A DNA stretch of 64,000 bases from Methanobacteriota archaeon (GTDB lineage Archaea > Thermoplasmatota > E2 > DHVEG-1). The DNA lies in contig CAVYNH010000004.1 in NCBI GenBank assembly GCA_963769885.1, positions 140,495-204,494 of the forward strand, written 5' to 3'. Below, one piece after another: positions 58,509 to 64,000 of the stretch (its first letter is position 1; the number at the start of each line of letters is the position of its first letter). The translations under genes were made by a program, and so were the position numbers. Below the pieces are notes generated by a model, which saw nothing but the letters and a program-made list of their open reading frames with translations, ran no database searches and was not told the origin of the DNA.

Positions 58509-59291
58509 TTGTTGGAAGTGCAGAACATGAACGAGAATGCGTTGTACGAGGCTATTTTCAAACGAAAATCGGTTAGAGATTATGACCCAACGCCCATTGA
58601 CTCCAAGCCCCTCGAAGAGATTTCAACGAATTTGCAGTCCTTAAAGCCAATGGTGACAGGGATTAAGACAGAGTTCAGGATTATTTCGCCAAATCAAGTA
58701 ACCAGAAAGTTTAGCAACAAAGCGCCCCACTTCATTGCGGCGTTCTCAGAAGCAAAAGACGCTTACAAAGTCAATATTGGGTTTATGCTTCAACAAATGG
58801 ACCTTTATTTCTCGTCGAATGGGTTAGGCAGTTGTTGGTTGGGGATTCCGCAACCGACCAAAGACGTGGTAGATTCTTCAGATCTTGAGTTTATTATTCT
58901 GATGTCATTCGTAAATTCAAAAGAAACACTTCACAGGACGAACGTTTCGGAGTTCAAAAGAAAGCTCCTTTCGGATATTACCAACATCAAAGATGCTGAC
59001 GAGTTGTTAGAACCAGCTCGTCTTGCTCCGTCAGCGGTAAACATGCAGAACTGGTATTTTACTGGCAATAAGAGCGCAATCCATGCCTATTCAAACAGGG
59101 CTGGATTTCCTATTACTTTCGTTGGGGGAAGTTATTATCCTGTCAACATGGGCATTGCTCTTTACCATTTGCAGCTAGCGGGACAGCACTTTGGGTGGAA
59201 AACCAAATTCGTCTTCGACAAGTCAAAAGATAAAAGTCCCCCTAAGAATCTGGATTACGTTGCAACCGTAGAGAGGGCATTTAACCTATAG
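58509..59291 (+). CDS. nitroreductase-family protein
   Basis: The N-terminal LYEAIFKRKSVRDY motif is typical of NAD(P)H nitroreductases. Confidence 0.5.
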   Translation: MLEVQNMNENALYEAIFKRKSVRDYDPTPIDSKPLEEISTNLQSLKPMVTGIKTEFRIISPNQVTRKFSNKAPHFIAAFSEAKDAYKVNIGFMLQQMDLYFSSNGLGSCWLGIPQPTKDVVDSSDLEFIILMSFVNSKETLHRTNVSEFKRKLLSDITNIKDADELLEPARLAPSAVNMQNWYFTGNKSAIHAYSNRAGFPITFVGGSYYPVNMGIALYHLQLAGQHFGWKTKFVFDKSKDKSPPKNLDYVATVERAFNL

Positions 59292-59532
59292 TGAAATGCC
59301 CAGGGCGGGTATTTGATTTTAAGTCATCCAGACAAGAAAAAAGAATCAGAGTGCCGCAGGAGGGGATACTGAGCCGGGTTAAATACCCCCGTCCTATTAT
59401 AGCTGAATCTGTGTGGGTCTGGAGGCAGCTATAGGAGGTTTTTTTCAGACTGAAAGGTTCAAATCTCTTTTTTTAACCACAATAGCATTCATTGTGGTTT
59501 CACTAAGGTTTTCTCCTGTAGAACGGTAAAAG

Positions 59533-59617
59533 TGCAGGGGAAGGGATTTGAACCCCCGAACCTCTACAGGAACAGATCTTGAGTCTGTCGCCGTTGACCG
59601 AGCTTGGCTACCCCTGC
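59533..59617 (-). tRNA. tRNA-Leu (anticodon CAA), type II with long variable arm
   Basis: GCAGGGG...CCCCTGC acceptor. D-arm AGCCAAGCTCGGTCAACGG. Anticodon stem-loop ACAGA-CTCAAGA-TCTGT. Variable arm TCCTGTAGAGGTTC. T-arm GGGGGTTCAAATCCCTTC. Confidence 0.7.
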
Positions 59618-59745
59618 ACTCTCCACCGTCAATCCATCGAACCATAATAAATATTTAGGTAAACACCCACCAGCAGACAAATACAATCAAAAATCCTTTT
59701 AAACCAACAACAAGCTACCATCCCCCAACCAAAACGAGGAGACGG

Positions 59746-60768
59746 GTGAGAACCATCGAAACCAAAACCATCGGAGTACTCTCCAGCGGCGGCGACGCCC
59801 CCGGCATGAACGCCGCCCTCCGCGCCATCGTCAGAACCGCACTCAACTACGGCCACACCCTCTACGGCATCAGACGCGGCTACGAAGGCCTCATCAACGA
59901 CAACCTCGAACCCCTCACCCACTACTCCGTCAGCAACATCATCAAAAACGGCGGCACCATCATCCAAACCGCCCGCAGCCCCGAATTCCTCACCCCACAA
60001 GGACGACAAAAAGCCTACGACACCATTAAAAAACACGGCATCACCAGCCTCATCGTCATCGGCGGCGACGGCAGTTTCCACGGACTCCACGAACTCATCC
60101 TCGAACACGGCATCCAAGGAATCGGCGTCCCCGGCACCATCGACAACAACCTCTATGGCACCGACTACACCATCGGCTTCGACACCGCAGTCAACACCGC
60201 CCTCGACGCCATCGACAAAATCCGCGACACCGCCACCAGCCATAGCAGGCTCTTCATCATCGAAGTCATGGGGCACACCTCCGGTTACATCGCCCTCTAC
60301 ACCGGCGTCGGCGGCGGTGCTGAGGAAATCGTCCTCCCCGAATCCCCCGTTGACCTCAGCAAAATCTGGGCACGCCTCAACATGGGACGCGCCCACGGCA
60401 AAAAAAGCAGCATCGTCGTCGTCGCCGAGGGAGAACGCACCGGCGGCGCCGCAGCCGTCAAAGCCCACATCGAAAAATACAGCGACTGGGAAGTCAAAGT
60501 CAGCATCCTGGGCCACATCCAACGCGGCGGCGACCCCACCGCCTTCGACCGCCTCCTCGCCAGCAGACTCGGCTACGAGGCAGTCTACGCCATCATGCGC
60601 AACGAGACCGACAAAATGGTCGGCATCATCGATAAAACCGTCACTCTCACCCCACTGGCCGATACCTGGACGAAGAAAAAAGAACTCGACCTCTCCTACC
60701 TCTCCATGAATGACATGCTTTCTTCGTACCATGAACCGCTTCAACAGACGAGCCGAATCATGATATAG
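59746..60768 (+). CDS. pfkA: 6-phosphofructokinase (PfkA family)
   Basis: Motifs GVLSSGGDAPGMNAALRA, GGDGS and MGR are present. Confidence 0.8.
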   Translation: MRTIETKTIGVLSSGGDAPGMNAALRAIVRTALNYGHTLYGIRRGYEGLINDNLEPLTHYSVSNIIKNGGTIIQTARSPEFLTPQGRQKAYDTIKKHGITSLIVIGGDGSFHGLHELILEHGIQGIGVPGTIDNNLYGTDYTIGFDTAVNTALDAIDKIRDTATSHSRLFIIEVMGHTSGYIALYTGVGGGAEEIVLPESPVDLSKIWARLNMGRAHGKKSSIVVVAEGERTGGAAAVKAHIEKYSDWEVKVSILGHIQRGGDPTAFDRLLASRLGYEAVYAIMRNETDKMVGIIDKTVTLTPLADTWTKKKELDLSYLSMNDMLSSYHEPLQQTSRIMI

Positions 60769-60919
60769 GCGAGCAGGCGCGGGCACCCATGGCGGACCAA
60801 GTGAACATAGAGGGCGTCCCGATACAGCTTCTCAACCAGTTTCTTTGCCATAAGAAGCACAGTGCCCCCAGGACTATAAATATCCTCGAAATACGTTCGG
60901 CCACAACCAAACAAACCCA

Positions 60920-61675
60920 TCAGAAACGCTGGACGATCCTCTGTTCGAGATTCGAGAGTAACGTCTCCGTATCAGGGAGCTCCTCAAACGAAAAAGGATA
61001 GCGGACCTCGACAAGCACCAGCGGTTCCGCAGGCGCCAAGCCAAAATCCACGCGCGCGTCCGGTCTTTCGAACGCCATTCGGATATCAGACTCCGTCAAC
61101 TTCCCAAACCCAATACGGATCAATGCGGCCACGATCCGTCGGACCTGATGCCATAAAAACGTCTGCGCACAGAATTCCAATATCAGGAACTGCCCCGACG
61201 GGACGATTGAGAGGTGATCAAGCCGCCGAATGGGGTCCTTGCCTTTCTCCAGCTTCGCGAAATTCCGGAAATCATGCACCCCCAGGAACAGGGGGGCCGC
61301 ATGCTCAATCGCCGCACAATCCAGACCCTGAGTCCGGAGATAGTACCGATACCGTCGTACTTCAGCATACCGGGGATAAAACGACTCCTCTACCTCGCGG
61401 GCACCGTAGACAATGATCTCTGTTCCAGGACCAGGCATGTGCGCCCGCAGCTGCTTGACGGTCATTGGAGTGGAGAACGCCACGACGTTGCCGAGCGCTG
61501 AGACGCCGCGGTCGGTTCTGCTCCCGGAGCGATACCGCGCCGCCTCCAGACTTTGGATGGCGCCCCACTCCTGGAGCATGGATACAAGGTCGCCTTCGAC
61601 TGTGCGACGCCCAGGCTGCCTGGCGAATCCTGAGAAGTCCCGGCCATCATATGCGAACTTCACAGCCACCCGCAT
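60920..61675 (-). CDS. truA: tRNA pseudouridine(38-40) synthase
   Basis: Motifs KFAYDGRDFSGFARQ, TVEG and the catalytic region SRTDRGVSA (RTDxGV) are present. Confidence 0.6.
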   Translation of the reverse strand: MRVAVKFAYDGRDFSGFARQPGRRTVEGDLVSMLQEWGAIQSLEAARYRSGSRTDRGVSALGNVVAFSTPMTVKQLRAHMPGPGTEIIVYGAREVEESFYPRYAEVRRYRYYLRTQGLDCAAIEHAAPLFLGVHDFRNFAKLEKGKDPIRRLDHLSIVPSGQFLILEFCAQTFLWHQVRRIVAALIRIGFGKLTESDIRMAFERPDARVDFGLAPAEPLVLVEVRYPFSFEELPDTETLLSNLEQRIVQRF

Positions 61676-61677
61676 AG

Positions 61678-62730
61678 TTAGTCTTTCTCAGGAAGCAGAT
61701 AATCAAGGTCGTTGATGCGGATGACCGCGGTTTTTTCCTTGGAAAACGTGTGCTTTTTCGGCTTGGGGATCGTCGTGATCTTATATGAGTCCGGATCCAT
61801 GAGCTGGACCTCGGTCGGCGTCTGGCTGACCACAATCATCTCTTTTCTCCGGATGGAATCGGTAATCGGCGTCGCCTGCTGCAGAGTCTTGGCGTCGACG
61901 GTTTCATCCACCCAGGTGGCGAGGTTCTGTAGCTTGGCTTTTGTCCCGTGGATGCTGCGGACCCGCATGGGTTTGCGCTGGTAGAGGAGGAAGTCCCCAG
62001 GTTGGTACCGGGGGAGGCGAACCAAGTAGGTGATCCGGTAGAGCTGTCTGCTGTCCTTCATGCCGACGTTGGAGGCGGATTGCTTGAACTCGCCGCCGTA
62101 CTGGTCTTGGAGTCGGCGGGCGATGGTCTGGGCGACGGCCTTGTCGCTGAGGAAGAAGTCGAGGCCTTCGCGTTTGATTTCGTAGTCGGTGATGTAGACG
62201 TTGCGTTTGCCTTTTTGGGCGTTGCCGACCTGGGTGGCGACTTGGGCCTCGAGGCGTTCGAGTTCCTCAGGGGTGAAGGTGCGTTGGTCCGCGCGGATCT
62301 GCAGGATGGCTTCGTAGTAGCCGCCGGCCTCTCGGCTGCAGACGTCGCAGGTGATTTTTTTGAGGCGGACGGTGAGCGGGTGCTGCTCGTGGACGGTCTT
62401 GCCGCCGACGGTCCCGGAGACGGTGATGAGGCAGGAGAGCATGCGGTCCTGTTCCTTGCAGTCGGCCTGGAACGCGGGGTTGTGCAGTTCCGGGGCGACG
62501 GTGAAGGCGCCTTTGAGGTGCCGTTGGAGGGCCTCTTCGAAGGTCTCCTGGATCCAGGTATTCTTGTATTTGTAGGCGTCGCAGCGGGGACAGGTGGTGA
62601 TGTCCAGGATGGCGGGTCCTTTTGAGAACCTGGTTGTCTTAAGGTAGCAGGCGAGGCAGACGCCGTTTTTGTAGAGCGGGCCTTCGGTGCCGCATTCGAC
62701 GCAAAACATACTCTTTCCTAGCTGATTCAA
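61678..62730 (-). CDS. NMD3-family protein (archaeal homolog of 60S export adaptor)
   Basis: N-terminal zinc ribbons CVECG...CLAC...CPRCD. Length is about 350 aa. Confidence 0.5.
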   Translation of the reverse strand: MNQLGKSMFCVECGTEGPLYKNGVCLACYLKTTRFSKGPAILDITTCPRCDAYKYKNTWIQETFEEALQRHLKGAFTVAPELHNPAFQADCKEQDRMLSCLITVSGTVGGKTVHEQHPLTVRLKKITCDVCSREAGGYYEAILQIRADQRTFTPEELERLEAQVATQVGNAQKGKRNVYITDYEIKREGLDFFLSDKAVAQTIARRLQDQYGGEFKQSASNVGMKDSRQLYRITYLVRLPRYQPGDFLLYQRKPMRVRSIHGTKAKLQNLATWVDETVDAKTLQQATPITDSIRRKEMIVVSQTPTEVQLMDPDSYKITTIPKPKKHTFSKEKTAVIRINDLDYLLPEKD

Positions 62731-63605
62731 TGCCGCTGGGTGAGGTATACGCCGTAGATTATTAAGCCTGCGCCGAGGAAAAACACGGGAGTCATGTGTT
62801 CTCCGAGGGGGATGGCGATGAGGAGGGTGAACAGGGGGATGAAGGTGAGGTACACGCCCGCCTGGCTGGCGTCCATGTGGGCTAGGGCGTAGTTCCAGGC
62901 GAGATAGGCAACGATGGTGCTGCCGACGGCGAGGTAGAGGATCGCGCTCCAGCCGAGCAGCGAGGTCTGCTGGAGGCTGGGGATGAGGCTGCCGGCGACG
63001 ATGGGCAGGTAGAAAAGGGTGCCGAGGGCGAAGCTGTAGGTGGTCACGGTGATCATGTCGTAGGTCTGGAAGAGACGCTTACTAATGATAGAGAAGATGC
63101 CCCAGCACAGCGAGGAGAGGATGACGAGGCCTGCGCCCAACAGGAAGAGGCTATTGACCGTGACGGTGGCGAAGTCGAGGTTCGAGAGGATGACGATGAC
63201 GACGCCGGCGAAGGACAACAGGATGCCCAGGATTCGGAGACGCGCCGCGGCCTCTCTGAGGAAGAGGATCGAGAAGAGGGCGATGAACAGGACGTCGGTC
63301 TCGGTGAGGACGGAGGAGATGGAGGCGTTGGTGTACGCGATCCCGACGTACTGGAAGACGTACAGGAAGGTGACGCCGGTGAGGCCGAGGACCGCCAGCC
63401 AGACCCATTCCTTGCGCGGGATCCGCGGATTGGACCGTCTGACGAAGAAAATCAGCAACATCAGAGGCGTCGCGACAAGGAATCGCGCAGCGCCCAGGAC
63501 CACCGGATCCATCTCCGCGACCGCGAACCTCACGACCACAAACGAGCCACCCCAGACGAGGGCGGCGAGCAGGAGGAGGCTAGAGAGGAGTGCCTTGCCG
63601 GGCAT
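62727..63605 (-). CDS. EamA/DMT-family transporter
   Basis: Ten TM helices in two EamA-like halves. Length is 292 aa. Confidence 0.55.
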   Translation of the reverse strand: MPGKALLSSLLLLAALVWGGSFVVVRFAVAEMDPVVLGAARFLVATPLMLLIFFVRRSNPRIPRKEWVWLAVLGLTGVTFLYVFQYVGIAYTNASISSVLTETDVLFIALFSILFLREAAARLRILGILLSFAGVVIVILSNLDFATVTVNSLFLLGAGLVILSSLCWGIFSIISKRLFQTYDMITVTTYSFALGTLFYLPIVAGSLIPSLQQTSLLGWSAILYLAVGSTIVAYLAWNYALAHMDASQAGVYLTFIPLFTLLIAIPLGEHMTPVFFLGAGLIIYGVYLTQRH

Positions 63606-64000
63606 AGCGCTTCTTCGAGCCTGGACAACATCGCAGGCTTATATTAACCAGCCGAGAAAAACCCGTTTGGGTACCGCGTGTACAGAAACTGGGCGAGGGG
63701 TGTACAACAACACCCTTTAAACAAAACGGAGAAAACAGGGGGTGAGGTGTGATGAGACATGATGATTGTCGGCCAGGTGGCAAGCAAGACGGAAGCCCTT
63801 GAGATTGAAGACATCGCGAAGTCCTTTGTCGTCGCGAACCGCGCCCGGACCCTCGCCCAGAAACTCCATGAGGCGTAAGACCATGACCGCAGCCACGCAG
63901 AAAAAGAAGAAGAACGTCCCGACGGACATCCCCATCGTCTGGGTCAATATCGTGGAGACTCCGGGCCCGTCCGACGCCTTCCTATAGCTGCTCGACACGA

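Noticed and set aside
59629-60786. 385-aa minus-strand ORF opposite pfkA
   Set aside because: The PfkA frame has canonical motifs. The antisense ORF is Gly/Ala/Val-rich low complexity.
1-64000. CRISPR arrays, rRNA genes, IS elements/transposases, integrases
   Set aside because: No regularly spaced direct repeats, no rRNA-like segments, and no DDE/HUH/tyrosine-recombinase motifs were seen in any frame.

Overview
This 64 kb window appears to be archaeal chromosome. The archaeal markers are: an NMD3-family protein; archaeal-type D-aminoacyl-tRNA deacylase DtdA; sn-glycerol-1-phosphate dehydrogenase EgsA next to a UPF0179-like gene; a UbiA prenyltransferase; a PGF-CTERM sorting signal; a split LplA/LplB lipoate ligase; and an alkyltransferase-like/endonuclease V fusion of the kind reported in Thermoplasmata. 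Composition is strongly mosaic. A high-GC backbone (about 6.2-41.4 kb, 47.3-57.0 kb and 59.7-64 kb) is interrupted by low-GC islands at 1-6.2 kb, 41.4-44 kb and 57.0-59.6 kb. The content runs as follows.
(i) A low-GC island encodes three radical-SAM SPASM/twitch enzymes, a polytopic membrane protein and a flavin oxidoreductase.
(ii) A high-GC arsenal of secreted hydrolases comprises two C25 gingipain-like peptidases, an M14 carboxypeptidase, a C1 papain-like peptidase and an aryl-sulfotransferase-like beta-propeller. Three of these, plus a distant FG-GAP protein, end in the same unusual PKD-variant (IDWGD) C-terminal module. The genes are flanked by a family of conserved 40-55 nt intergenic elements.
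(iii) Housekeeping genes include HtpX, QueD, DtdA, lipA-lplB-lplA, egsA, a bacterial-type metK, an HD hydrolase, a thioredoxin/thiol-disulfide cluster, cysDNC, pfkA, truA and an EamA transporter.
(iv) Tandem secreted OmpL47/Ig-like paralogs are present, one of them frameshifted.
(v) An AT-rich insertion carries a HEPN-domain gene pair.
(vi) A tRNA-Leu(CAA) gene is followed by several partial copies of tRNA 3' ends in a low-GC stretch, suggesting integration scars.
Many long ORFs in the six-frame track inside high-GC genes are antisense artefacts and are not called.
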